Both the position numbers and the translations under genes were made by a program. A DNA stretch of 64,000 nt. Source: Dudresnaya verticillata. Taxonomy: Eukaryota. Below the pieces are notes generated by a model. It was given only the letters and a program-made list of their open reading frames with translations, ran no database searches and had not been told where the DNA came from. Positions 9,218-23,633 of this stretch are shown piece after piece. Location: positions 496,001 to 560,000 of the forward strand of contig OZ374559.1 in NCBI GenBank assembly GCA_977862235.1, read 5' to 3'. The first letter of the stretch is position 1. Every line of letters starts with the position of its first letter.

Positions 9218-11245
9218 GGTTGTAGGCATGGGGGTTGATATTGTGTTGGACGGTTCGGGTCATGCCAAAAATAGATAGATACCATTGGAATGTGTCATGG
9301 CCCCGCGGCAAGGTCGGCTTTCGTAAACTTCGAGTTATTGAATCAAGAGCCACTCCATGCTTTCTTGGCCATACTATAACATTCGCTTCATTAGGCACAG
9401 AGAGGTCGAATAGCACTGTGGAATGCAGCAAACGAGCAGCGTTTCGTTAAAGATCGCATTCAAATTTCAAATCTGCTTGTTCAAATGTATTATTATATGC
9501 GAGTATTGTATGACGACAACGTCATTCCTCTCTACTACAACATTCACAGATGTTTCACGATCATCACTTCACAATATAATATCCGAGCATGAGGGCAGCT
9601 CTCTGCTTCAATTGTTCAGTCCACACATTTCCGTTCCTGATAATTCGCTTAATCGTTCCCAGACAGTTTGCCTCGTGTCACTGGCGTACAAGGCGAAGGT
9701 AGATGGCACTCGGTGTGTCAACTCTTCAGAATACGAAGGTTTGCGATACGGCTGTGTTTCCCGACCGAGTTGGCTCCTGAGAACACCTATGAGCTAAGTC
9801 AACACTTTTTGTAGATCTAATCCTTGAGTTTCTTCCCTTTCCCTTTGCGTGGTCGTGTAAAAGCTGCAGGGCCGATTCGACTTGTAGCTTTGATGCGCAT
9901 GCTTCTAGAAGTGAACGAGATCTTTCGGTAGCGTTGGACTGGGGACAGTTCTTCTGTGCGAGCGAATTGTCCACTGGTCCACTGGTGGGATGTGGAAGGG
10001 GATGTGCGAAGCGGTGCGGATACTAATCTTCGATTGGCAGATTGCAGAAAACTTGAAACAATGCAATTCGCGAGTGCAATTTCCATTGGTTGTAAAGTTG
10101 TCTCCGGTCAGATATTTTGTTTGTCACAGGGAGGAGGCACTTTTGCAGTTACAAACCAAAGTCTTTGAGTTACTGCAACATGCTTGGGTCCCTACCTTCA
10201 CGTTGGCTGAATGCAGTCGGAAAGTCCGGGGCTCTTTCTCATCGTAGGTAGAGTGAAAAGAAGGTTGTCCTCTCTCTCTTTCTCATATCAGTGATGCCCA
10301 CCGAGAAGGGAGCATTTATAGCTCCGTTGTAAAGGGTAAGTTTGTCAGGACCGCTTGGGTACCGCTCCGCCAGCAACACAACAAGAGCCCAGAAATTTTT
10401 ATGTTCGGATAAACAGTCCCTGCTTTCCCACAATCGCTTGTGATGACCATTTCGAGTGGAGGGTTTACAACGCATATTCATTGTGCGATACAATAGCTCC
10501 CGGTGAAAAACACTCGCTTTTATGAAAATAGCAGAAGAGCTTGATGAACAGAGCTATACTGGAAACTCTTGGTGTGAGCTATGTGGTTACAACCGCTGCT
10601 TATACAACTTTCGCCCTGCGTATGAATGGCAAAGCGAAACACCGTGGCGGTTCTGTTTTGGACCGAGTAATTGACCGCCGTCCAGGACGGGTCCTGCCCT
10701 TCTGGATATAATGCTGTGATCGATCGAGAGGGATAAATTTGTCCCAAGTAGGATGTGTAAATGAGGTCTTCAACGAACCTGTGAAGTTGCTTTTCGTTGC
10801 TTGCTTGTGGACTTATAGAGGCTCTACATGGGAAACGGGGGCTCATATGCAGGCAAGCTTAGGTTAATCGCAATCGAGAATAGTCTAGAGGAAGAATGGG
10901 GGGTTCGGAAAGAGGAGGGGACAGCGGGTCCTGTACGTTAGGAGCGGGGTCTTCCAAGGTGCAGAGGTCTCGAATTGCCTGCAGTGCGCAACTGACGTCC
11001 TGTATCGTGGTAAGGGTTTGGGTCAGGCAATGATCAAGGGCTTTAAAAGGCTTTAGGGCTTTAGGGGGTTTTAGCTCGTGTTTCAATAATCGTCACCTTT
11101 AGGTCTTTGTGCCGGAGCCTCCGACTCGGAGGCTCATTCTACTACGCAAAGCACTGCAATATCAATAATATATGCATTCTGTTGCTCACACTATGAGAAG
11201 TGTTTTCAACCCGTCAACACAACTCTAACGACCATTACTGAGTCC

Positions 11246-11659
11246 TTAGCACCAGTAATAGAACCAGTAGCAGTAGCGGTAGCAGTAGCATCCACGTCCC
11301 CAGACACAAATGCACCGGATGCCACACCTGATCCCCCTGCAAATACCACGGTTGGAAGTGGGCAGGTTCTGCTTGTCACTAGAGTTCATTTCCGTCACAA
11401 ACTCCTCCGTATTCTCATTCTTATCCTTTGAAAGTCGGCTGACGGCACTTGCTGTGGTGGAGATGGAGCAGCACGTCTTGCCAAGAGAGTTGTCTTCGGA
11501 CTCCTCGCAGCTCAGGACCTTGCATGCAGAGTTGGCCGGCTTGGCGCATTCCGTTGTGGCCTTGCCCTCATCATCACCAGTGTGGCACTTGCACGGGCAA
11601 GCGGCAAGGGCAGCGGAGGAGAGGGCCAGGATGACCAGGATGGCAAAAAGCTTGTTCAT
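11246..11659 (-). CDS. Secreted cysteine-rich peptide precursor, 137 aa (- copy 2)
   Basis: Identical translation; private synonymous CTG>CTT (Leu76) at 11432. Confidence 0.95.
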   Translation of the reverse strand: MNKLFAILVILALSSAALAACPCKCHTGDDEGKATTECAKPANSACKVLSCEESEDNSLGKTCCSISTTASAVSRLSKDKNENTEEFVTEMNSSDKQNLPTSNRGICRGIRCGIRCICVWGRGCYCYRYCYWFYYWC

Positions 11660-14600
11660 GACAAGGAATAGGATGAGTTGAGAAGGGTGACCTGTTCGTT
11701 GATGTGATTTGTGTGAGGACTGGCTGGCACTTGATGATGTTGTTGAAGGGAGAGATGGAGATCTTATATTTATACACGTTGTGTTCTAGTTGGCATATAG
11801 GAGAGATATTGTGTGGAGTTAGCCCCTATTGCAACCCTTGCCTACAAGAGAAGTGAATGGATATTGTTTGCAAAAACGTAGAGTGTATCTCACAGGTTCA
11901 GTTGCGACAAACAATGCACATGGCACTGATGGAGGAATGGCGTTTCTTCTGCTGTGTTTATGGAAATCTTCCATACTATTGGAAGTGCTTAGGAGTAACA
12001 TGCAGCATCGGCGTGTTGATCTAGGAGTATTCGCTGCTATTGTTTGCCAAAGAGATGGAGACCTTTATGCATAAGAGAAAGCATATAAATATATTGGCCA
12101 TAAGTTTAACCGTTTAATGCACAAACAAGGGTATCACGAAACGTGCTAAGAGAGAGCTTTACTATTACTGGAATGTTGCCATAGTTGCAGGCTGCAATGG
12201 AAGCGGGGATTTTATTTCTATTGCCACAAGGAAGGTTGTTCGTTCTGTAAAGACAATCATCAACGGGAATTATTTGGAAAGTGCTAGGTGAAGAGGTATT
12301 TCGCTGTCTGGTTCTTCTACTTTCCCATGGCAAGGGGATCTGCATTCTATGCAGGCAAGCAAACAGTGCAGTGAATAATCTACCTCGATAATCACGTTGC
12401 GGTCAACCCAGTTTTGCATTGCATGCCAAACTCTGGGTTTTGGTGCGGAAAGAGGGGAACATGCCCCTCATGGTATTGAAGGGAACAACATTGGAGGAGG
12501 ATATGCCTGCGCTCGTGTCCATTGATGTGACCTAGTGCTAGCGCACAGTGAGTCCCAGGTTTCGCCTCGATTTAAAACCAGGAGATAGGCATCTTGCGCC
12601 CTCGAGTCTAATAATATCTTGTTTCAAACCTCACCTGACAAGGAGGCACTAACACATTGAGGTCTCGCGACGGAAGAAGGCGAGATTGAAAACAGAACAT
12701 TGTACCGCCGTGGTCTGCACATTTTGTTACTGCAGTACGCGACGAAGTCGTGATAAAAGCACTTGGCCAAAGGACAACAATTATATGTAGTTATCTCGAA
12801 CTGGCACCATCTGAGGGGCGCGAATTCCTGCTCCGTCGTCCTCGATGGACTGAGTTATACTGGTACCGAGGGCGTGCTTTTATTCCATGTTGACCGAAGC
12901 ACAGAATGACGTAACAGGTCATTGCGTTTGCGCACATCTCCAGATCTAAATCGGTCGTGGCGATACACTGAACTCCTAACCAGCCGTGCAGCATGCGATG
13001 CATAGTCGCCAGAGATGGCCTCTACAACCTTGAGACCCTCATCACGTGGGTTTGTCATTGCATTGTACTCTACGCGCAGTGCATGTTGTTACTAATCGCC
13101 AGAGAAACGATCTAGATACAGAACCATTCTAAGAGGATCGGCTGATCCGAGTTTGAAAGCGGTGAGAATCTGGGAGCCGCGGATCGACATTTCGCAGGTG
13201 CAAGGGGGGAAGCGAGGCGATGACAATGGTATTGTTCAGGTGCAATTGCTTTGTCACCGCCGCTTTCGTCGTCATTCGTTGCATGCGGGTCGGAGGGGGC
13301 ACATGTTGTGCTGTTTTGCACTGATTGCGCGTTGAACGAAACTGCGGGTACGTCTAATAGTGTCACACAACACTACTAAAAGGAATTGTGAGACGATATT
13401 TCTGAAGTAACCGCTTTTCGTAAGACCCATCTCTCTCTCTCTCTCTCTGTGTCTCTCTCTCTGTCTCTCTCTCTCTCTCTAGGAACTTCGTAAAATCCAC
13501 ACAAACTCTCTCTCTCTCTCTCGCACTTTGTCTAATTCTGCCCTCCTCTTGCAGGATCTAAATAAACTCAACAAACTTTCGCACTTTTCGTGCACATGCA
13601 TCCCATCGCTGCGAATTAGCTTCTGCCCAGAAGGCATACGGTGTGGAGCTGCAAAACGTTTTGGCTTCGTGAGTGCGCTTCTCTTTCTGAGGGGAGCCAT
13701 TTAACAATTATTTGTTATTCAAAGATCGAAAACGAGTACCTCGTGAGACAGCTAACGGATACACCACATACCAAAAGAACTAGGAATGCGTTCAAGGCCC
13801 AGTTGTACAGCAGCGCACTAGTTGTTTGCCTTGTGCGGAAAACCAGTTCATATCTCCCGCAGACTTACGAAAAGTTCATGCAAAGCGGTGGAACTGGCGC
13901 TTTGAATATGTTTTTAGCACAAGGAACAACTAAACTAATTTCGCCGTAACCGTTTGTAGACAACCAAGTTTTGCCTTTCCACTTTCTGTGGTAAACTTGT
14001 CCCCTGAGCAATACCTCATTTCACCCCGGGATGAACCCAAAGCTGTTCCAAGGATGTATATACTTTTTACATATTCTGCAATCTTCAGCTCATTACCACT
14101 ATCATATCTCAATATGAAGATCATCATCACAACCATATATCGCACAACACATTGCAGCCATCCTGTCCACATTATGCTACGTACTATCGCAGGATATGAC
14201 TTGTACAAAGGGATGCATAAATGTTAAAGATGATCGCTTTACATGCGGATCGTTTCAAGGTTCACATGTTTTGAAATCACACCTCGACAAATAATTTGTA
14301 ACGCAAACTGTACCCTTCACGGCAATAGCTGGAAACAAACAGTAGTTCATCGATTGCCACGTCGAAGCAAAAAAGACATCCATCCTCAACGTTTACAGAG
14401 AACCAAGGATATCTCTTCTCTAACCGTATCTGCTACAATGTTACACTCTTCCTACTACCAAATTAAAAACACCAATGATGATGCAGACCGTTATACAATG
14501 CCAAACAAAGCCTCAAATGGGGGCTTAAACAGTCTTGCTCAGGAGGGGAGGCGAAAGATTGAAACTGTTGACCTGAAGAGCCAAGCATGAAGAACTAAAT

Positions 14601-14790
14601 ATACCAATGACGTTTTCTATCCCATCGTCCGCCGTTCAGGTAATCAATCCAGAATCGTCGCCGCGCACTATAAATACAGTTTATTGCTCTGTTATTCACT
14701 TTCATCTCATGCTACCAACAAGAGTTCTGTAACAGTTCACATCAGATCAACCGAAGTTCTAGATTTTCAACGCCAACTAAAAACCTTGTC

Positions 14791-15204
14791 ATGAATAAGC
14801 TTTTCGCCATCCTGGTCATCCTGGCCCTCTCCTCCGCTGCCCTTGCCGCTTGCCCGTGCAAGTGCCACACTGGTGATGATGAGGGCAAGGCCACAACGGA
14901 ATGCGCCAAGCCGGCCAACTCTGCATGCAAGGTCCTGAGCTGCGAGGAGTCCGAAGACAACTCTCTTGGCAAGACGTGCTGCTCCATCTCCACCACGGCA
15001 AGTGCCGTCAGCCGACTGTCAAAGGATAAGAATGAGAATACGGAGGAGTTTGTGACGGAAATGAACTCTAGTGACAAGCAGAACCTGCCCACTTCCAACC
15101 GTGGTATTTGCAGGGGGATCAGGTGTGGCATCCGGTGCATTTGTGTCTGGGGACGTGGATGCTACTGCTACCGCTATTGTTACTGGTTCTATTACTGGTG
15201 CTAA
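14791..15204 (+). CDS. Secreted cysteine-rich peptide precursor, 137 aa (+ copy 3)
   Basis: Translation identical to copy 1. Confidence 0.95.
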   Translation: MNKLFAILVILALSSAALAACPCKCHTGDDEGKATTECAKPANSACKVLSCEESEDNSLGKTCCSISTTASAVSRLSKDKNENTEEFVTEMNSSDKQNLPTSNRGICRGIRCGIRCICVWGRGCYCYRYCYWFYYWC

Positions 15205-17232
15205 GGTTGTAGGCATGGGGGTTGATATTGTGTTGGACGGTTCGGGTCATGCCAAAAATAGATAGATACCATTGGAATGTGTCATGGCCCCGCGGCAAGG
15301 TCGGCTTTCGTAAACTTCGAGTTATTGAATCAAGAGCCACTCCATGCTTTCTTGGCCATACTATAACATTCGCTTCATTAGGCACAGAGAGGTCGAATAG
15401 CACTGTGGAATGCAGCAAACGAGCAGCGTTTCGTTAAAGATCGCATTCAAATTTCAAATCTGCTTGTTCAAATGTATTATTATATGCGAGTATTGTATGA
15501 CGACAACGTCATTCCTCTCTACTACAACATTCACAGATGTTTCACGATCATCACTTCACAATATAATATCCGAGCATGAGGGCAGCTCTCTGCTTCAATT
15601 GTTCAGTCCACACATTTCCGTTCCTGATAATTCGCTTAATCGTTCCCAGACAGTTTGCCTCGTGTCACTGGCGTACAAGGCGAAGGTAGATGGCACTCGG
15701 TGTGTCAACTCTTCAGAATACGAAGGTTTGCGATACGGCTGTGTTTCCCGACCGAGTTGGCTCCTGAGAACACCTATGAGCTAAGTCAACACTTTTTGTA
15801 GATCTAATCCTTGAGTTTCTTCCCTTTCCCTTTGCGTGGTCGTGTAAAAGCTGCAGGGCCGATTCGACTTGTAGCTTTGATGCGCATGCTTCTAGAAGTG
15901 AACGAGATCTTTCGGTAGCGTTGGACTGGGGACAGTTCTTCTGTGCGAGCGAATTGTCCACTGGTCCACTGGTGGGATGTGGAAGGGGATGTGCGAAGCG
16001 GTGCGGATACTAATCTTCGATTGGCAGATTTCAGAAAACTTGAAACAATGCAATTCGCGAGTGCAATTTCCATTGGTTGTAAAGTTGTCTCCGGTCAGAT
16101 ATTTTGTTTGTCACAGGGAGGAGGCACTTTTGCAGTTACAAACCAAAGTCTTTGAGTTACTGCAACATGCTTGGGTCCCTACCTTCACGTTGGCTGAATG
16201 CAGTCGGAAAGTCCGGGGCTCTTTCTCATCGTAGGTAGAGTGAAAAGAAGGTTGTCCTCTCTCTCTTTCTCATATCAGTGATGCCCACCGAGAAGGGAGC
16301 ATTTATAGCTCCGTTGTAAAGGGTAAGTTTGTCAGGACCGCTTGGGTACCGCTCCGCCAGCAACACAACAAGAGCCCAGAAATTTTTATGTTCGGATAAA
16401 CAGTCCCTGCTTTCCCACAATCGCTTGTGATGACCATTTCGAGTGGAGGGTTTACAACGCATATTCATTGTGCGATACAATAGCTCCCGGTGAAAAACAC
16501 TCGCTTTTATGAAAATAGCAGAAGAGCTTGATGAACAGAGCTATACTGGAAACTCTTGGTGTGAGCTATGTGGTTACAACCGCTGCTTATACAACTTTCG
16601 CCCTGCGTATGAATGGCAAAGCGAAACACCGTGGCGGTTCTGTTTTGGACCGAGTAATTGACCGCCGTCCAGGACGGGTCCTGCCCTTCTGGATATAATG
16701 CTGTGATCGATCGAGAGGGATAAATTTGTCCCAAGTAGGATGTGTAAATGAGGTCTTCAACGAACCTGTGAAGTTGCTTTTCGTTGCTTGCTTGTGGACT
16801 TATAGAGGCTCTACATGGGAAACGGGGGCTCATATGCAGGCAAGCTTAGGTTAATCGCAATCGAGAATAGTCTAGAGGAAGAATGGGGGGTTCGGAAAGA
16901 GGAGGGGACAGCGGGTCCTGTACGTTAGGAGCGGGGTCTTCCAAGGTGCAGAGGTCTCGAATTGCCTGCAGTGCGCAACTGACGTCCTGTATCGTGGTAA
17001 GGGTTTGGGTCAGGCAATGATCAAGGGCTTTAAAAGGCTTTAGGGCTTTAGGGGGTTTTAGCTCGTGTTTCAATAATCGTCACCTTTAGGTCTTTGTGCC
17101 GGAGCCTCCGACTCGGAGGCTCATTCTACTACGCAAAGCACTGCAATATCAATAATATATGCATTCTGTTGCTCACACTATGAGAAGTGTTTTCAACCCG
17201 TCAACACAACTCTAACGACCATTACTGAGTCC

Positions 17233-17646
17233 TTAGCACCAGTAATAGAACCAGTAGCAGTAGCGGTAGCAGTAGCATCCACGTCCCCAGACACAAATGC
17301 ACCGGATGCCACACCTGATCCCCCTGCAAATACCACGGTTGGAAGTGGGCAGGTTCTGCTTGTCACTAGAGTTCATTTCCGTCACAAACTCCTCCGTATT
17401 CTCATTCTTATCCTTTGACAGTCGGCTGACGGCACTTGCTGTGGTGGAGATGGAGCAGCACGTCTTGCCAAGAGAGTTGTCTTCGGACTCCTCGCAGCTC
17501 AGGACCTTGCATGCAGAGTTGGCCGGCTTGGCGCATTCCGTTGTGGCCTTGCCCTCATCATCACCAGTGTGGCACTTGCACGGGCAAGCGGCAAGGGCAG
17601 CGGAGGAGAGGGCCAGGATGACCAGGATGGCAAAAAGCTTGTTCAT
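17233..17646 (-). CDS. Secreted cysteine-rich peptide precursor, 137 aa (- copy 3)
   Basis: Translation identical to copy 1. Confidence 0.95.
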   Translation of the reverse strand: MNKLFAILVILALSSAALAACPCKCHTGDDEGKATTECAKPANSACKVLSCEESEDNSLGKTCCSISTTASAVSRLSKDKNENTEEFVTEMNSSDKQNLPTSNRGICRGIRCGIRCICVWGRGCYCYRYCYWFYYWC

Positions 17647-20600
17647 GACAAGGAATAGGATGAGTTGAGAAGGGTGACCTGTTCGTTGATGTGATTTGTG
17701 TGAGGACTGGCTGGCACTTGATGATGTTGTTGAAGGGAGAGATGGAGATCTTATATTTATACACGTTGTGTTCTAGTTGGCATATAGGAGAGATATTGTG
17801 TGGAGTTAGCCCCTATTGCAACCCTTGCCTACAAGAGAAGTGAATGGATATTGTTTGCAAAAACGTAGAGTGTATCTCACAGGTTCAGTTGCGACAAACA
17901 ATGCACATGGCACTGATGGAGGAATGGCGTTTCTTCTGCTGTGTTTATGGAAATCTTCCATACTATTGGAAGTGCTTAGGAGTAACATGCAGCATCGGCG
18001 TGTTGATCTAGGAGTATTCGCTGCTATTGTTTGCCAAAGAGATGGAGACCTTTATGCATAAGAGAAAGCATATAAATATATTGGCCATAAGTTTAACCGT
18101 TTAATGCACAAACAAGGGTATCACGAAACGTGCTAAGAGAGAGCTTTACTATTACTGGAATGTTGCCATAGTTGCAGGCTGCAATGGAAGCGGGGATTTT
18201 ATTTCTATTGCCACAAGGAAGGTTGTTCGTTCTGTAAAGACAATCATCAACGGGAATTATTTGGAAAGTGCTAGGTGAAGAGGTATTTCGCTGTCTGGTT
18301 CTTCTACTTTCCCATGGCAAGGGGATCTGCATTCTATGCAGGCAAGCAAACAGTGCAGTGAATAATCTACCTCGATAATCACGTTGCGGTCAACCCAGTT
18401 TTGCATTGCATGCCAAACTCTGGGTTTTGGTGCGGAAAGAGGGGAACATGCCCCTCATGGTATTGAAGGGAACAACATTGGAGGAGGATATGCCTGCGCT
18501 CGTGTCCATTAATGTGACCTAGTGCTAGCGCACAGTGAGTCCCAGGTTTCGCCTCGATTTAAAACCAGGAGATAGGCATCTTGCGCCCTCGAGTCTAATA
18601 ATATCTTGTTTCAAACCTCACCTGACAAGGAGGCACTAACACATTGAGGTCTCGCGACGGAAGAAGGCGAGATTGAAAACAGAACATTGTACCGCCGTGG
18701 TCTGCACATTTTGTTACTGCAGTACGCGACGAAGTCGTGATAAAAGCACTTGGCCAAAGGACAACAATTATATGTAGTTATCTCGAACTGGCACCATCTG
18801 AGGGGCGCGAATTCCTGCTCCGTCGTCCTCGATGGACTGAGTTATACTGGTACCGAGGGCGTGCTTTTATTCCATGTTGACCGAAGCACAGAATGACGTA
18901 ACAGGTCATTGCGTTTGCGCACATCTCCAGATCTAAATCGGTCGTGGCGATACACTGAACTCCTAACCAGCCGTGCAGCATGCGATGCATAGTCGCCAGA
19001 GATGGCCTCTACAACCTTGAGACCCTCATCACGTGGGTTTGTCATTGCATTGTACTCTACGCGCAGTGCATGTTGTTACTAATCGCCAGAGAAACGATCT
19101 AGATACAGAACCATTCTAAGAGGATCGGCTGATCCGAGTTTGAAAGCGGTGAGAATCTGGGAGCCGCGGATCGACATTTCGCAGGTGCAAGGGGGGAAGC
19201 GAGGCGATGACAATGGTATTGTTCAGGTGCAATTGCTTTGTCACCGCCGCTTTCGTCGTCATTCGTTGCATGCGGGTCGGAGGGGGCACATGTTGTGCTG
19301 TTTTGCACTGATTGCGCGTTGAACGAAACTGCGGGTACGTCTAATAGTGTCACACAACACTACTAAAAGGAATTGTGAGACGATATTTCTGAAGTAACCG
19401 CTTTTCGTAAGACCCATCTCTCTCTCTCTCTCTCTGTGTCTCTCTCTCTGTCTCTCTCTCTCTCTCTAGGAACTTCGTAAAATCCACACAAACTCTCTCT
19501 CTCTCTCTCGCACTTTGTCTAATTCTGCCCTCCTCTTGCAGGATCTAAATAAACTCAACAAACTTTCGCACTTTTCGTGCACATGCATCCCATCGCTGCG
19601 AATTAGCTTCTGCCCAGAAGGCATACGGTGTGGAGCTGCAAAACGTTTTGGCTTCGTGAGTGCGCTTCTCTTTCTGAGGGGAGCCATTTAACAATTATTT
19701 GTTATTCAAAGATCGAAAACGAGTACCTCGTGAGACAGCTAACGGATACACCACATACCAAAAGAACTAGGAATGCGTTCAAGGCCCAGTTGTACAGCAG
19801 CGCACTAGTTGTTTGCCTTGTGCGGAAAACCAGTTCATATCTCCCGCAGACTTACGAAAAGTTCATGCAAAGCGGTGGAACTGGCGCTTTGAATATGTTT
19901 TTAGCACAAGGAACAACTAAACTAATTTCGCCGTAACCGTTTGTAGACAACCAAGTTTTGCCTTTCCACTTTCTGTGGTAAACTTGTCCCCTGAGCAATA
20001 CCTCATTTCACCCCGGGATGAACCCAAAGCTGTTCCAAGGATGTATATACTTTTTACATATTCTGCAATCTTCAGCTCATTACCACTATCATATCTCAAT
20101 ATGAAGATCATCATCACAACCATATATCGCACAACACATTGCAGCCATCCTGTCCACATTATGCTACGTACTATCGCAGGATATGACTTGTACAAAGGGA
20201 TGCATAAATGTTAAAGATGATCGCTTTACATGCGGATCGTTTCAAGGTTCACATGTTTTGAAATCACACCTCGACAAATAATTTGTAACGCAAACTGTAC
20301 CCTTCACGGCAATAGCTGGAAACAAACAGTAGTTCATCGATTGCCACGTCGAAGCAAAAAAGACATCCATCCTCAACGTTTACAGAGAACCAAGGATATC
20401 TCTTCTCTAACCGTATCTGCTACAATGTTACACTCTTCCTACTACCAAATTAAAAACACCAATGATGATGCAGACCGTTATACAATGCCAAACAAAGCCT
20501 CAAATGGGGGCTTAAACAGTCTTGCTCAGGAGGGGAGGCGAAAGATTGAAACTGTTGACCTGAAGAGCCAAGCATGAAGAACTAAATATACCAATGACGT

Positions 20601-20777
20601 TTTCTATCCCATCGTCCGCCGTTCAGGTAATCAATCCAGAATCGTCGCCGCGCACTATAAATACAGTTTATTGCTCTGTTATTCACTTTCATCTCATGCT
20701 ACCAACAAGAGTTCTGTAACAGTTCACATCAGATCAACCGAAGTTCTAGATTTTCAACGCCAACTAAAAACCTTGTC

Positions 20778-21191
20778 ATGAATAAGCTTTTCGCCATCCT
20801 GGTCATCCTGGCCCTCTCCTCCGCTGCCCTTGCCGCTTGCCCGTGCAAGTGCCACACTGGTGATGATGAGGGCAAGGCCACAACGGAATGCGCCAAGCCG
20901 GCCAACTCTGCATGCAAGGTCCTGAGCTGCGAGGAGTCCGAAGACAACTCTCTTGGCAAGACGTGCTGCTCCATCTCCACCACGGCAAGTGCCGTCAGCC
21001 GACTGTCAAAGGATAAGAATGAGAATACGGAGGAGTTTGTGACGGAAATGAACTCTAGTGACAAGCAGAACCTGCCCACTTCCAACCGTGGTATTTGCAG
21101 GGGGATCAGGTGTGGCATCCGGTGCATTTGTGTCTGGGGACGTGGATGCTACTGCTACCGCTATTGTTACTGGTTCTATTACTGGTGCTAA
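20778..21191 (+). CDS. Secreted cysteine-rich peptide precursor, 137 aa (+ copy 4)
   Basis: Translation identical to copy 1. Confidence 0.95.
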   Translation: MNKLFAILVILALSSAALAACPCKCHTGDDEGKATTECAKPANSACKVLSCEESEDNSLGKTCCSISTTASAVSRLSKDKNENTEEFVTEMNSSDKQNLPTSNRGICRGIRCGIRCICVWGRGCYCYRYCYWFYYWC

Positions 21192-23219
21192 GGTTGTAGG
21201 CATGGGGGTTGATATTGTGTTGGACGGTTCGGGTCATGCCAAAAATAGATAGATACCATTGGAATGTGTCATGGCCCCGCGGCAAGGTCGGCTTTCGTAA
21301 ACTTCGAGTTATTGAATCAAGAGCCACTCCATGCTTTCTTGGCCATACTATAACATTCGCTTCATTAGGCACAGAGAGGTCGAATAGCACTGTGGAATGC
21401 AGCAAACGAGCAGCGTTTCGTTAAAGATCGCATTCAAATTTCAAATCTGCTTGTTCAAATGTATTATTATATGCGAGTATTGTATGACGACAACGTCATT
21501 CCTCTCTACTACAACATTCACAGATGTTTCACGATCATCACTTCACAATATAATATCCGAGCATGAGGGCAGCTCTCTGCTTCAATTGTTCAGTCCACAC
21601 ATTTCCGTTCCTGATAATTCGCTTAATCGTTCCCAGACAGTTTGCCTCGTGTCACTGGCGTACAAGGCGAAGGTAGATGGCACTCGGTGTGTCAACTCTT
21701 CAGAATACGAAGGTTTGCGATACGGCTGTGTTTCCCGACCGAGTTGGCTCCTGAGAACACCTATGAGCTAAGTCAACACTTTTTGTAGATCTAATCCTTG
21801 AGTTTCTTCCCTTTCCCTTTGCGTGGTCGTGTAAAAGCTGCAGGGCCGATTCGACTTGTAGCTTTGATGCGCATGCTTCTAGAAGTGAACGAGATCTTTC
21901 GGTAGCGTTGGACTGGGGACAGTTCTTCTGTGCGAGCGAATTGTCCACTGGTCCACTGGTGGGATGTGGAAGGGGATGTGCGAAGCGGTGCGGATACTAA
22001 TCTTCGATTGGCAGATTTCAGAAAACTTGAAACAATGCAATTCGCGAGTGCAATTTCCATTGGTTGTAAAGTTGTCTCCGGTCAGATATTTTGTTTGTCA
22101 CAGGGAGGAGGCACTTTTGCAGTTACAAACCAAAGTCTTTGAGTTACTGCAACATGCTTGGGTCCCTACCTTCACGTTGGCTGAATGCAGTCGGAAAGTC
22201 CGGGGCTCTTTCTCATCGTAGGTAGAGTGAAAAGAAGGTTGTCCTCTCTCTCTTTCTCATATCAGTGATGCCCACCGAGAAGGGAGCATTTATAGCTCCG
22301 TTGTAAAGGGTAAGTTTGTCAGGACCGCTTGGGTACCGCTCCGCCAGCAACACAACAAGAGCCCAGAAATTTTTATGTTCGGATAAACAGTCCCTGCTTT
22401 CCCACAATCGCTTGTGATGACCATTTCGAGTGGAGGGTTTACAACGCATATTCATTGTGCGATACAATAGCTCCCGGTGAAAAACACTCGCTTTTATGAA
22501 AATAGCAGAAGAGCTTGATGAACAGAGCTATACTGGAAACTCTTGGTGTGAGCTATGTGGTTACAACCGCTGCTTATACAACTTTCGCCCTGCGTATGAA
22601 TGGCAAAGCGAAACACCGTGGCGGTTCTGTTTTGGACCGAGTAATTGACCGCCGTCCAGGACGGGTCCTGCCCTTCTGGATATAATGCTGTGATCGATCG
22701 AGAGGGATAAATTTGTCCCAAGTAGGATGTGTAAATGAGGTCTTCAACGAACCTGTGAAGTTGCTTTTCGTTGCTTGCTTGTGGACTTATAGAGGCTCTA
22801 CATGGGAAACGGGGGCTCATATGCAGGCAAGCTTAGGTTAATCGCAATCGAGAATAGTCTAGAGGAAGAATGGGGGGTTCGGAAAGAGGAGGGGACAGCG
22901 GGTCCTGTACGTTAGGAGCGGGGTCTTCCAAGGTGCAGAGGTCTCGAATTGCCTGCAGTGCGCAACTGACGTCCTGTATCGTGGTAAGGGTTTGGGTCAG
23001 GCAATGATCAAGGGCTTTAAAAGGCTTTAGGGCTTTAGGGGGTTTTAGCTCGTGTTTCAATAATCGTCACCTTTAGGTCTTTGTGCCGGAGCCTCCGACT
23101 CGGAGGCTCATTCTACTACGCAAAGCACTGCAATATCAATAATATATGCATTCTGTTGCTCACACTATGAGAAGTGTTTTCAACCCGTCAACACAACTCT
23201 AACGACCATTACTGAGTCC

Positions 23220-23633
23220 TTAGCACCAGTAATAGAACCAGTAGCAGTAGCGGTAGCAGTAGCATCCACGTCCCCAGACACAAATGCACCGGATGCCACA
23301 CCTGATCCCCCTGCAAATACCACGGTTGGAAGTGGGCAGGTTCTGCTTGTCACTAGAGTTCATTTCCGTCACAAACTCCTCCGTATTCTCATTCTTATCC
23401 TTTGACAGTCGGCTGACGGCACTTGCTGTGGTGGAGATGGAGCAGCACGTCTTGCCAAGAGAGTTGTCTTCGGACTCCTCGCAGCTCAGGACCTTGCATG
23501 CAGAGTTGGCCGGCTTGGCGCATTCCGTTGTGGCCTTGCCCTCATCATCACCAGTGTGGCACTTGCACGGGCAAGCGGCAAGGGCAGCGGAGGAGAGGGC
23601 CAGGATGACCAGGATGGCAAAAAGCTTGTTCAT
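23220..23633 (-). CDS. Secreted cysteine-rich peptide precursor, 137 aa (- copy 4)
   Basis: Translation identical to copy 1. Confidence 0.95.
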   Translation of the reverse strand: MNKLFAILVILALSSAALAACPCKCHTGDDEGKATTECAKPANSACKVLSCEESEDNSLGKTCCSISTTASAVSRLSKDKNENTEEFVTEMNSSDKQNLPTSNRGICRGIRCGIRCICVWGRGCYCYRYCYWFYYWC